A DNA stretch of 64,000 nucleotides from Catajapyx aquilonaris (taxonomy: Eukaryota), in contig JYFJ02001210.1 in NCBI GenBank assembly GCA_000934665.2, positions 1 through 64,000 of the forward strand, in the 5' to 3' direction. The translations under genes and the position numbers were made by a program. Of the stretch, positions 10,901 through 23,500 are shown one piece after another. Within the stretch, counting starts at the first letter, position 1. Each line of letters begins with the position of its first letter. The notes below the pieces were generated by a model, which saw nothing but the letters and a program-made list of their open reading frames with translations, had not been told where the DNA came from and made no database searches.

Positions 10901-13900
10901 GCAGATTCAATATTAATTTCAACTGGTTAACTCATAGCACCTCCAGTATACCGTACACAAAAATCACTGCAGTATAAAGATGGTATAACTGACACACTAT
11001 ATCTAAAGTGTGTTCAAATGTATTAATGCAAAGTGATATTGATAGACACTGGATTTCAATACCGTACTGCTAACTGTAAATTCTCAATAAAAATTGTGAC
11101 ATTATCTATAGGAGAATTACGAGTGCGCGTATTATTTAGTGGAAATATTTACCATGCAAAGAGAGCAAACATCGCACACTTAATAATATAATGTGTGAGC
11201 TTCACCATTTTGTCCCTGAATCACCATCGTCCTGCGGCCTTTTCTGGACGATGAGTCTGTCCCCCTCGCCTCGGCACCATCGATATGCCGTTTGGCCTTT
11301 CAGGCTTTTGCGCCGCAGTCTCCGAGATCCACTTTTATGGCGGATACGCAAAGCCCGATCTCAGTTGATGAGGTTGTAACTCTAGAACTCACTGTTTCGG
11401 ACCCCCTCTTTCAACAAATTCCTGAGCATGAGGATTGGAAACTACGCACTCTATAGGCTACAAAAGATGCTTCTCCTTCCATTTAGCAACACATCAATGC
11501 GACATAGAAAAATGCAATCAAGTCAAACCTGCTTCACTTCTTGGCTTATTCACATGGGAGTGGTCATGGTAATTTTGCTGATTTTCAACCTGTTTTGCTT
11601 TTCATCGGTGTATCTTATTACGACTTAAGTTTGCTCTTTAATTAATTCCTAATACATCTCCACTTAAATCGCAGAGAGTCCAGTGAAATTAAAAGATACT
11701 TGGGAAATCTGAAACAATCGCAATAGCATTAAGAGAGAATCCTTTTGGAGTGGTGAATCCGCTCGATCACGAGCAGGATCCACCCTTAATGCTGTTATTT
11801 CCAAGGTTGGGTCCCCCCCGAGAAAGAAGATGAAATCGAGATCCCTCCCTGGATATGGTCAATAATGGAAATTGGTTTTCATAAAGAAAGCGCCAGCCCG
11901 GGAGTGTCAAAGCAGCAAAGGAGGGTTGCATTTCTTTTTTTTTTCTTTTCCTTCCTTCCCTATAGTTCTTTCCACTCCTTGCCTCCCCCTCCCCTGTTCT
12001 GTATTATTCGCGGGGGCACTGGTCTTAAGGCAAGTTAGTCATGAATCACCTTCTCACTGGGGAGAGACAAATGGTCTAGAATGCAAAAAGAAAGGGGCGA
12101 GAGAGAAAAAAAACTGCAATCGGCGAAGAAGACTGGTGGGAACAAATTATACAATGATTCAGTGCCACCTGTGTCAGTGGCAGGCGATCACTTTGGCGAT
12201 ATTTTTCTGGACAACCCCATTAATTTGCGAGTCCTGGCTGAGTCCGTGCCTGAAATCGGAAGCAAACTGCGGCCTGGACTGGGTTAACCCTGATGGCTTG
12301 CACGGTTTTTGAGGGGGGATAGGGAAAGGGCAGGGAACTACCCTCGGATCTCACCCCAATGATGAAGTGTGGCTTCATCGCACTCCTCTGCCGTCATGCC
12401 CCAAAGCCACGGATTCCACTTCCACCCCCACCCCCATGAGGGAGGGAGAGAGATAGAGAGTTGGGTTTGGGGAGAAACTGGAGGCTGAATTCCCTTGGAC
12501 GTCCTCTAGCTCCCCCGAAAAAGGGTTTATTTTCACTTTCCGCCAGGCCTATTTCGCATCCTCCACTCATTAGCCTGGCAGATATGACAACTCGCCCTCC
12601 AGCAAGGCAATGGACGGAATTCAAGATCAAACGTTTAAAAGCCGTCGTTTCCCGGACCCAAATTTACGACTTTTTAATGGGGACGTGGATTAATTGCGGT
12701 CAACAAAGAGACCGGTTGCAACAAAATATTTGCCCTGGATATGCACGATTATGGCATATTTGCGCAATGCAACAGCTGACAGTTCAAGCAGACGGACTAT
12801 CAGGACAAAGGGCTGCAGTTGCACCACTGCAAGGAGGTTTTTCTAGTTCGAGTAGGTTGTTAGCAACTTTGTGGCTAATTTTGACACAGCAAACCTAATC
12901 CAATTGTATATGAATAGGAATATGTGTCACCCGAATTTGTTACAGATGAAATTGGTCAAAGTTCATTTATGCATTTGGTAAGCCAGTCCTTGAGTATTGC
13001 TTTTTTATTGTCGAGTCAGTTGTGATCGCCATAAAAGAACTGTCCCAAAGATTGGTTTCTCCTGAGTGAAGATCGGGCACGTGCCTCCTGTGGGCCTCAT
13101 GCTTCACAGAGACCGGCTTCCTAAAAGATCAGCCGCTGAGAAATAAACCGTCTCGAAGGCCACCTGTTTTCAACGCGCCTAGTTTTCACTTTCACACAGC
13201 CTCCCTTTCCGCCACATAGTAGCGACACTTCATCTTGACCCACTTGTCTTTGTCCATTTCCCGCCACATGCCAATCCGTGACAATAGACCATCTTCCCTT
13301 GCCATAGAAGCAGCCGTCAACTTCTCTGGAGTGGTTATCCTTCCCGATTCAAGGATACGGAGGCGGCGTGACCCTCGCCACTTCCGGCACTCTCTGGGTT
13401 CAAAGTATCAAGTGGTGCACGTCCATAAACACCTAATCAGGTCATTGCTAGAGCCCTTTGGCGGCGGGGAGGGACAAACATTGATCTTCTCTTTTTTTCC
13501 CCCTTTTTTTCCTCCCTCTTCTTCTTCTTCCAGCATCTTCTGGGGAGACGTCTCCATCGTGATCTCTCACCTCTCATGCTCGCATTTTCTCATCGTTTAC
13601 TCAATCTCTCGTCTTTCTCTGCTGCTTCCATCCCCCCTCCCGCCCTGCAAACTACCTTCCATCTCCCAGCCGTTCCAGGCTCCTCCCGAGAGAGGGCTTA
13701 AAAGCCTGGAGGGAGCCCAGCGGAAATGTATTTATTACAGACTGAAACGATTTTTTTCTTCTCTCTCTCTCCCTCCCTCCCCCAGCCTCAAATGGTCCCC
13801 GCGGAGGAGAAAAGAGTGCTTAGGTGATTTGAAAGCCCTGCAAACCGCTTTGTATTCAGAGCACTAGTTTGACGAAGGAGGGAGGGAATGAAGGGGGTCC

Positions 13901-14538
13901 ACCTCCCCCCCATATTCGCAGCTCCCACTAGAGATACACGCCGACTTTGCTGCACCCAATGAATCTTTTTTTTCTTCTATCCTCCGTCCCAAAGGGAGCG
14001 ACGCAATCAAAAGAGGATTCACAACAGGTGAAATTGGACGCGGTTTCTCCAGGGAAGGGTCAGTTTTCACGTCTGCCATGAAATGCGACTTTATTGATGC
14101 GCAGAGATGGGTTCATCTGGAGTACAGCGGACACTGTGATGTTACTGTACATTCACGTAACCTAACACGTTCAGGTTACGTATATTTGATGGTTCTTTCG
14201 TCTGTTTTCCGGACGTGACCGGAGCGTTACGAATCCGCTCGAGTGGTCATCGTCCAGCTTCATTTCTAGATCTGGCAACTTGTTTCCGGATCTCCCCCTC
14301 CTCATAACTCAGAGAGCCCAGCATAAGCCTAAGGGAGAAGATGGGCCTGGTAGTAGGGTCCATCAGTTGGGCGCTTATGGAAGAGAAATTCCCCTTGATG
14401 TAAGGAAAAGGGTCCGTCCGGACTGAGTTGTGGCGTGGCCTAACAATCACGCCATGGTCCAGTTGGCGGTGGGAAGTGGAAGAGTCGCGTGGAAGCTGAG
14501 CCGTGCAGCCAGCTTCACGCTTCAAGAGAGATTCCCCC

Positions 14539-15379
14539 AAACCCTCTCTCTCTCTCTCCTACTTCTCTCTCTGTTAGCTCCAGAGGCGAAGGGGGGAGGG
14601 AGAGGATCCGCGGATATTGAGGTGTGATCCCATCGGGGGCCGGCCTGATATGAGCTCGATCTTTCTCTGTCCTCCGCCTAAGCTCTCTGTTCCCAGCCCG
14701 ATAGGAAGTCCCAAACCCACCCTCCCACCCATCGGCTATTGTCCGCCATAACCTAGCCAAAATCCAGATTGCGGAATGACCTGGCCGTCTCATTTCAGGG
14801 GTCTCCAGACGCCATTCAGGGTTGTGATGAGGATATTGACTGCTCTCAAACCCGGAGACTCATCATCACCCCAGTGTGGGTTTGGATGACGTCAAACCCT
14901 GATCTACCCTCCCCTTCTTTTCATGTGACCAAAAGCCAGAGGGACCCCCCTTNAAACCCTCTCTCTCTCTCCTACTTCTCTCTCTGTTAGCTCCAGAGGC
15001 GAAGGGGGGAGGGAGAGGATCCGCGGATATTGAGGTGTGATCCCATCGGGGGCCGGCCTGATATGAGCTCGATCTTTCTCTGTCCTCCGCCTAAGCTCTC
15101 TGTTCCCAGCCCGATAGGAAGTCCCAAACCCACCCTCCCACCCATCGGCTATTGTCCGCCATAACCTAGCCAAAATCCAGATTGCGGAATGACCTGGCCG
15201 ACCACCCACGCCGTCTCATTTCGGGGGTCTCCAGACGCCATTCAGGGTTGTGATGAGGATATTGACTGCTCTCAAACCCGGAGACTCATCATCACCCCCA
15301 GTATGGGTTTGGATGACGCCAAACCCTGATATACCCTCCCCTTCTTTTCATGTGACCAAAAGCCAGAGGGACCCCCCTT
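14539..15379. repeat. ~420-bp direct tandem duplication split by a single N; probable allelic (haplotype) assembly duplication
   Basis: Copy 1 is 14539-14952, N at 14953, copy 2 is 14954-15379. The copies differ by one CT unit, a 13-bp indel (ACCACCCACGCCG), a 1-bp indel and about four substitutions. Confidence 0.9.
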
Positions 15380-18300
15380 TGGGTTCGGGGCTTGCCTGAC
15401 GGGCGAGCGTCTTCATCCAAAGGTTGACTGATGAAGCTCTCAAGGCTGGGGCGCATCTCGATGTAAAGCCCACACTATCTCCATTGAATATCATTTTTCC
15501 CAGCAAAAGTTGCCCGGCGGGTTGGTATACCAAAAGTACTAAATTTTTGCAGATTTTTGCAGGATAAAATTATGGTTTTTAAATAATTAACAGTTACTTA
15601 CATATGCGCTAGGCTCACCACATAAGCACAACCTCGAGGTTATATTGGGAACTAGCTGGATTGTCAAGGTTGGCACTCGTATTCGCATAAATTCCCTGGT
15701 TCAACAACACTTGCCCGCAGCAAAAAATGAGATGACAATTATGCGGTATTGTGTTCGGAGTCCTGGCATCGTGGCCACTCCCTGCTTCCCGGCGTATCCG
15801 TTGAATTTTTCGGCGGGCAGTGTACCGTGGAGTAGTTTGAGCAGGATGTTACTAATGAACTCAAAAAATGCTGGAAGCCAGGAAAAGGCACGACCTGCGC
15901 AACTTTCGCCGTCTTTCTTTAAAAGCAGACTCTTGACACGACGTGATCTCTCGCTGGAAAAAAAGGGCAAAAGACCCTGCAGGCTTTACAGTCATTCTAC
16001 GCAATATGCATCACTCTTTTGAGTCAGTGATCTATATAGTAATTCTAGAAACCGAGCTCGAACCTGTAAGGCTGTAATGCAGCCGACAACATCTGCCAAT
16101 GTGGGTAGCTATTAGATCCCGCACCATGTGCATTACTTGGCATCATCGCTGCTGCAATTCAACATTTGGCACCCTCATATGCATGTATATAAAGCCTACT
16201 ACGCCGCTCCGTTTTGCCAATTATCTGGAGTCGTAAGTGACAGTTCCAATTTCACAAAGGATGTTCGCTTTGTCGGATGTAAGTCCTCCTCTCCCCAGCT
16301 CCCCTCCCTCAATATATTCGTGTGTAGCTCCATGCATATCCCGAGTCGGTGAAGCAAGGGAAGGGAGAGAATATTTGAGAAAAGAGTGCAGATATGAAAT
16401 CTGCTGAGTGCGTATTTGCTGCTGAAAGCCTAACTTCAAAGAGGGAGTTGAGCGGATCTCCCGGTATATACAGTAACTGACTGTGGGGATCCTCCTACTT
16501 TTCCATGCAGCCCTGCCCCCTCTCTCTGATGCTCAAAAGCCCCTCGGTTTTTTTTCCTCTTCTTGTTCCTGTCCCCTTTTTTGGTGTCCCCAGAGCCTCC
16601 CCACCGCGTGTATAGATTACATCATCCTCGTTCCAAGAAATCACCTGCCGCCATGGAAAAGATGGGGAAGGTTAATGAAGTGGATGGGAATCTGCAGCCT
16701 CTTTTTCCAGGGGGGCCTATAGTAGCTGTGTCTTATATATCCGAACCTATATACACTTTTCCCCTGGAAATACTTCGCAAATGAGCTCAGGTATAATGCG
16801 TCTGAGGCTTATTACCAACTTTGTGAAAGCGATGCGGGATTTGTTGCCGGTATGAATGGGAGTGAAAATTACTGTACAGTTTTCGGAGCTCACGAGAGAA
16901 GCGTTCTTAAGAGGTAGCTTATTTTCTAAAAACTGTAGCTGCCTTCCTCTTTTATTGTCTGAAATGATTAAGTCCAAGGAGAGCTTCGCTACATAATTTG
17001 TGAGGCCCTGTACTCTGAAGTTCAAAAATTATAACTTCCAACATGCTTTCAGATTTGTCTCCCTTCGAGAGGCACAGACCACAAAGCAAGTTAGCTCTCT
17101 TCTATTGCTTCTCAAGGGAATGTGCTGCCAACTCAGTGGCTGGACTTTACCTTGAAGTGGGTTATTGTAATTTGAAATACCACTCGCACTCCTATATTTT
17201 GCAATATCTGCGCACCTTCAGTGTCTGAATTTGCAAAAATGTTTACGATAGTTTTTCTATGTAGTACTCAGGACGTGAACCAGAAATAATTCCAAAAAGC
17301 AGTTGTCAACATTATTTATGTGTGACTCTATTAATGCAGGCTCAACTGACATTTCCTATTCAACTACGCAGTTTCCACAAAGTAATAAATATAGTAGTTC
17401 ACCTTACATAAATGTTTCATGAAGATGCGTCTTCTCTCTTATTTTATATATACCATACCTCTTTTAGAGCAGCATATTTACTTCCGAGCTTCCAATAAAA
17501 AGTGGCAAGTATTCTCCTCGGTGACTTAATTATTCCCTGCTAGTAGCAAGCAGTCAAAGGGCGCGATGTGTACTCCACCTGCGATTCTTATTGACACAAT
17601 GGAGCGCAAAGTTCTCCGACCTGCCTGCAATTAGATGCCGACAGTTTATGAGAAATACCTGGCATTTTCATCTCCTCAGCATCTCTCTCTCTTTCTCCTT
17701 CTAGTTCCTCCTCTCCTATATATGCTCATCCTTCTCTCCCCCTCGCGCTCACTTTTTTCATGCACTTTTTGTGATGGCAGCTCGATGACAAATGAGATTA
17801 AAGCGAGGGAAATGCGGCGTCCGTGGAGCAGGGAAGCCAGTGGAACTAAATGAAGCGCAAAGCCCTGATAAACCTCAGCCCTTGCTCATTGCGCCGGCGC
17901 TTATCCCTGGCCCCTCTGTGTGTGCATGTGTGTGTGTGTGTGTCGCCAACTATGGCAGAGCCAGCAGACTAACTTCTTCTTCCACTGGGCTCTAAACCAC
18001 CCCTTTTGCAGTCGCCCCACTCACTCGTTTCTCCATCAGTTAGCCTCCCAGCTGGAGTTGTCGCATTTAGAGTGTCTCTTTTCGCAGTAAAAGTTGTGTG
18101 CGCGTGCATTTCAATATCCAAGGATATAGCATATACTTGTGCATGGCTGGACGGAGCCTTCCAGGTATTACATGTTGAATATTGCCTTTCATCGAGCGGT
18201 TCAGGCTCTTCACTCTAATGTGGGATTAATGTTTAGGATGGTTTAGGGCTGGACGATCATTGCTACGACTGGGGTGAGTGATCGATAGTAAACAAGTTAC

Positions 18301-20197
18301 GAGCATTTAATAACCAATATCAACCACTTGTTCTGGGTTTACTATCGATCATCATGACCATGCTTTGGGAAATTGACAAAAAAAGTCATATTTTTGGTGC
18401 AGTTCAAGACCTACTAAAGCAATAATTTAGATACAAATTACACCGAATTATAGTTTCAAACACATCTTTATTTTGGGAATCCGGTCACGAGCAAAATTAA
18501 ACTTTTCGCCACCTATAGAAATTTGCTGCAGCTCTTTCATTTTGTAAACAGTATATTGAGGCTGAGGTTAAAGTGTGTATGACCTATGAGAACCTATAAT
18601 GCTAATGAAAAATGCAATAAAATACAACATCACAGCATCCAGATGAACAAGATTCATCTGGAAAAAGTAGAGGTCCCTATTTGCACATTTTAGTTTTTAT
18701 AGGGTATGCAGTGCAGAGTTTTGAGAGCAATATCGCAACTATCAAGATACATGAATGGAAGCTTAGTGGAAAAACGTTTTCAAATATAAGGTACCAGCAC
18801 TCGTAAAGTATTGGCTAAATTATTACGGTTTCTCGGACGGATTCTGGCTTCTTGAAATCTGCAGTTGAATAGGATCAAAATCATATTCTAGATCATTATA
18901 TATAGGCAAAATGTCCTTGTGGCCTACTTAACTCGAGTAGTTGCAAAATTCTCATTATTTTGCAAAATTAAAAATTGTGGGAGAAAATTAACAAATTAGT
19001 CTACAATAGACGCCATAAGATTTTGGTAGAGTCATTATAAAGCTTACTGGACAACTGCGGCGCTTAAAAATAAAACAAGGATGCGCAGTAGTCTTACACT
19101 GACAAGCGACGATTTCTTCAATTCTCCTGTTGAAACTGCATATTACAATTATTTTTTCTCGACTGTCGTTACCAACAATAGTACTGTAGACAAAGATGCA
19201 AATTTATTTTGTCTGTTACTGGCAGGTAGGCTATAGTGTAAGCCTGTAAAAATTGACAGGTTTCTGAAATATATTTGGAGTATTCCCCCCCCCCCTGTAC
19301 AGAACCACACACATTTATTTAATACTGTAGCTATGGACAATGTGAACACTGGTTACCTTCTCTTTGTGTCAGCACCACCGGCTGCCACATTTTAAACGCA
19401 AATCAAACAAACAAGCCAATGATGTTTTTATGGCCCTCTATTTAATTCCACCTGCTAGCCATCGAGAATGGATTATTTTTATTACCTAATTATGCATATC
19501 CGGCATGATTTTCGGACTCGGCTGTGCGGCAATAACAAGCTTCCAGCTCAAAACAGTTTTTTTTTTGTGTCAGGCCTTTTTGATATCTCTCTTACTGATT
19601 CATGTACATATTATAACCTACGTAGTAATATACTGTACAATCAATTTTGCAAACCGCATAAACCGAATATGGAGCTTTCAGATCCTCCCTTTATTGCAAC
19701 ATGATTGACATGCTACAACATTAACAGTGTATACATTCCATCCAATGTCACTTTACTGATAGGAAAGGCACAATGCTGCTAACAATCTAGAACTGATGAT
19801 TTTGGTCATATCGGGCTTGGTGACACTGTGATAAATGGTTTCTAGTTATTCATCCGTTTTATAAATATGTTGCAGGATAGACATTTGCAATATCTATCCT
19901 CGAGTGACTCAGAGACACAACACACTTGAAATACCAGCCGCTGCATCCTGTCCAACAACCGCACCACACGCACTTTTTTATTTATTCATTCCTCATCATT
20001 GATATGCTCCCCTATCCGACAAAAATTCCTGCTGGTCACGACTGCGTGTTGAGTAATAACATGCAAATTTCCCTATACGTATTTCCACATCCATCAAGAG
20101 TAGGAAGGAAACCGTATCGCGTGGGATGGCCTAGAGCTGTGTAGGCCATGGCCAAGAAAGGAAAAGTCTTCCTCCCCCGCCGCCCCCACTCCTTCTT

Positions 20198-20299
20198 CTG
20201 GCTGGCTGGCTGGCTGGCTGTCGGTGGTGGTGGTTGCCCTCCAGCTCCTCTATAGCTAGTTGCTGCTGTTGCCTGGCTGCTTGCTTGCTGGCTGGCTGG
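20198..20299. repeat. (CTGG)n / (TGC)n / (GCTT)n low-complexity tract just upstream of the first Knk-family coding exon
   Basis: ctggctggctggctggctggctg ... gctgctgttgcctggctgcttgcttgctggctggctgg read directly from the sequence. Confidence 0.7.
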
Positions 20300-20485
20300 T
20301 CTTCCCCCCTAACACCTGAGTGTAGTGTACCTCTCGGTCCCATTCCATCCGGGCCCGTCCTTCCAATCGGTGCCCCCTAAGCACTTTCCATTGGACCGAC
20401 GTCAGGCCAACACATCATGCGCAGTGCGCGAAGCGGGAAGGGCGATTGTAGAGCCCTGCAGTTGGCAAGCGGTGCGCGGGCCGTC

Positions 20486-20540
20486 ATGGTGGGACACACA
20501 GTCTACATTTGGGGGCTCTTGGCCCTCTTCACCATCCCCG
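20486..20540 (+). CDS. Knk/Skeletor-like gene, first coding exon (signal peptide); an in-frame upstream ATG exists at 20417
   Basis: ATG GTG GGA ... ATC CCC G|GTGAGT is a strong phase-1 donor matching the phase-1 acceptor at 42147. Hydrophobic core VYIWGLLALFTIP, with cleavage site T-H-S supplied by exon 2. Confidence 0.7.
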
Positions 20541-23500
20541 GTGAGTGCCCAACAACCACCACTCTTTTTTTATTATTCAACTTCTTCGCACCCATCCTCT
20601 CTCCCTACAAACACACACACACACACACACTGCCATCCAACCAAACACGTCGCAATAATACAAGTGAACCATTGTTGGCTGCTGCACCGACAGTGGCTCC
20701 ATCCGCATCGGTGGTGCTATAGTGATTGTGCTTTTTTGCGGACTTGGCCCATTGTTGATTGCATATGTGATCGGATGTGGTGATCCAGGCCTGAGGATGA
20801 GCAGCGTCGACCTGGCGGCCATGTTGACGGCGACATCTTCTGCTGCTGCAGCACCCCCCCCCCCCCCCTCGTCATCACCACTTAGACCAATCCAACATCC
20901 CCCCCCCACCCCTCCTATTTCCCCGTATATGTACTGCGTTGTAGCCCTCCCCGGATTTCCATGTCTTTGACGACAATTATGAGCTGGTAGATTCAACATG
21001 ACTTCTTGTGAAATGTGGAAGCCACACAACTGAATTAAGGCAACCCGAGCAGGTTCCGGGGGAGGTAACAAGGGCGTGGTTGAGAAGCCGGAGACGTATA
21101 ATTGACTCGACTTTGAAGTAAGGGGGGCACTCGACGCTCAACTTTATTTACGCGAAGGAAGCGAAGGAAAAAAAACCCGCCCTTGACGGTTCCATACCTG
21201 AGCCAATTCCGGTATTGGTCAATTGGGAATAAGTTCCATGAGATTGGGGTCAACTCGTAAAGCACACGGGTCCCTTTTTTCTCCCATCACCTGCGAGAGG
21301 GGGGCACTCGGACTTGTCGCACACTCGGAATTGCTCAATTGAAGGGGTCATGAAATCTCGGGGTTCCGTACCATTCCATTGCTGATGCAGGCAAAGCAGG
21401 CGATTCGGATTCCAAGGGAAAGTCTTTGTGTGCGGATGCCCTTCCGGGACTTGTCATGACTTTGGCCATCGACAGATATAGCTCCTGGCACTTGATTAGG
21501 CAGAGGAAACACTGCGGTCAAAACAGCTTCCGATATGGAAGTGGTACAACCTAGAAACAACTTGCTGATATGACATAATGCTCATTCACATAATTTTGAA
21601 CTCTTTTTCCGACTATTTCCTGAATTGAAAGTCTTTCGCGCCTTTTTATTGGTATTATGTAGGAAGCAGCCACCGGAACAGTTTAAGACAGTTTTGGTCC
21701 CAAATTTGAACCCGCCTTTATGCTAATTTATGGCGAATTGGCGCGATAACAAGCAGGATTTACGAAAGTGCGTACACCTGTACTGGATTCACAAAAACAG
21801 GTGTGCCTGTTGTTTTTTTTGTCGTAACTCTGGCTTCTAGCAACGAAACGCTAACTTATAAACTATAGCTTTGCAGTTGGCTATTTTGGAGGCATCAAAA
21901 AAATCTGCACTCTAATTTTTGTAAGTTGCACTTTGTCGCCAATGATCTTGTCAATGTCAGTAATGGTGGTGCCATTTGTACCTCGTGAAAATTAAGAGAC
22001 CACAACTTTTCTTGCGAATCCAGCGGACAAGCGTCACTTTCCACACCCATTGTTGCAGGTTATAGACGCGGTCTGCAACGCGGGGCCCTGCAATTCACCA
22101 GCGCATCTGTGTCAGTGTTGCACTTTCTAACCAGGCCGCATCTCGACCAACCCGGCGCGATTATTAATTATCGTATCCTTGGCTGGAAGGTTATTGCTTC
22201 ACCCGCACTCGGTAAAGGTCAGCTCCCCGTCACAAAACTGTTGCCAATCACCCCCTGGATTTTTCGCGAACTTGGCACCGACCCTCTGCCTTGCTTGAGG
22301 GGGGAAAACCTTGTGTCCAGATAGAGTTTTGCACACACATTCTCCCTATAGGCAGGCAGGGAACGAAGGCTGTGCAGTCTTTTTTTAAAAAAAAAAAAAG
22401 AGCCTCTGAACTGGGCCGCCACTGCACGCCTACCTGTTCGCCAGGCCTTTTGTTTTCTGGGGAAGCGATTCATAATTCCCATATGCACTCGCCATGTCGC
22501 ATTGGGCATGAATTGTCGGCGCGAACAATATCGCTGTCACGGTTGGCTTACTGTCCATTAATATAAGTCAACCATGAGTCGGGCTAGACTGGGAGGGGTG
22601 TGAGGCTAGGAGCTATACCACACAGCTCTAGGAGAAGGGGACTTGCACTGGCCAAGTGTGAAAAAAAGCACATCTTTTTGGTCCGAATGTTGGTAAAATT
22701 CTGAGCATGTAATTCCGCTTTGGGGGGGGGGGGGGCGTCTGCGCGACGTTAAGATAAATGACGAGGCTTGTACCAAACTAGTGCGGGATTCAGCCTGCTG
22801 GATGAACCACTACTCTGGCTTCTGGGAAGCCATTTGTCGACAAGGGGAGTGTACAGGCCAGAACGGGGGAAACATTGTGCCCCCTGTTTTTTAAAAGCAA
22901 CCAGTTTGCGCCGACAAAACTTTACAATTGCCAATAACTGTTACAAACGGGAGGAATTGCCAATATCGCCTCTGACCATAAATTCCGATTCTGTTATCCT
23001 TTTCATGGTTGAGGCAACACCGCTTTTAACTCGCGTTTTTTTTTCTCTCTCTGTCCCCCTGGCCACATCCGAAAACAAAACTTGTTCTGTTACTTGCGTA
23101 CATCGATGGGAACCGAAGTAGGAATTTAACCTTCATCGCGTATGATGTAACACTCTCGAAAAAACAACGATTCCCGTTACCATTCCCGTTTTTCCCAACC
23201 GAGCGGGGGCAGCACCCGGAATATATCACTGGCTAAATTTTTCGCATGTGCCCACCCAGTAATTGCTAGTTTTGAAAAATCATGCCGGCGACCCCATTTC
23301 TTGCCCGATTATTATGGATTCTTATTCTAGTGATCATCTCCCACGAGTATATAATGTACTTCCGACTGCGCCATCAAAAAAAAGTCACAGACCTAGATAG
23401 AAATGTTTTTTTTTTTCAAACTCCTGCGCTGCTGCCCATTTGGAGGGTTGGTCTCTCTATGCACGCATGCCCCCGGAGGTCATAAAACTTCCTGTCTATA

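Noticed and set aside
13235..13867. 210-aa + strand ORF
   Set aside because: Non-ATG start, Ser/Pro/Phe/Leu-rich translation of CT-rich DNA, no recognisable domain or splice partner.
14515..15209. Two near-identical ~95-aa ORFs suggesting a duplicated gene
   Set aside because: By-product of the N-split duplication; no protein family features.
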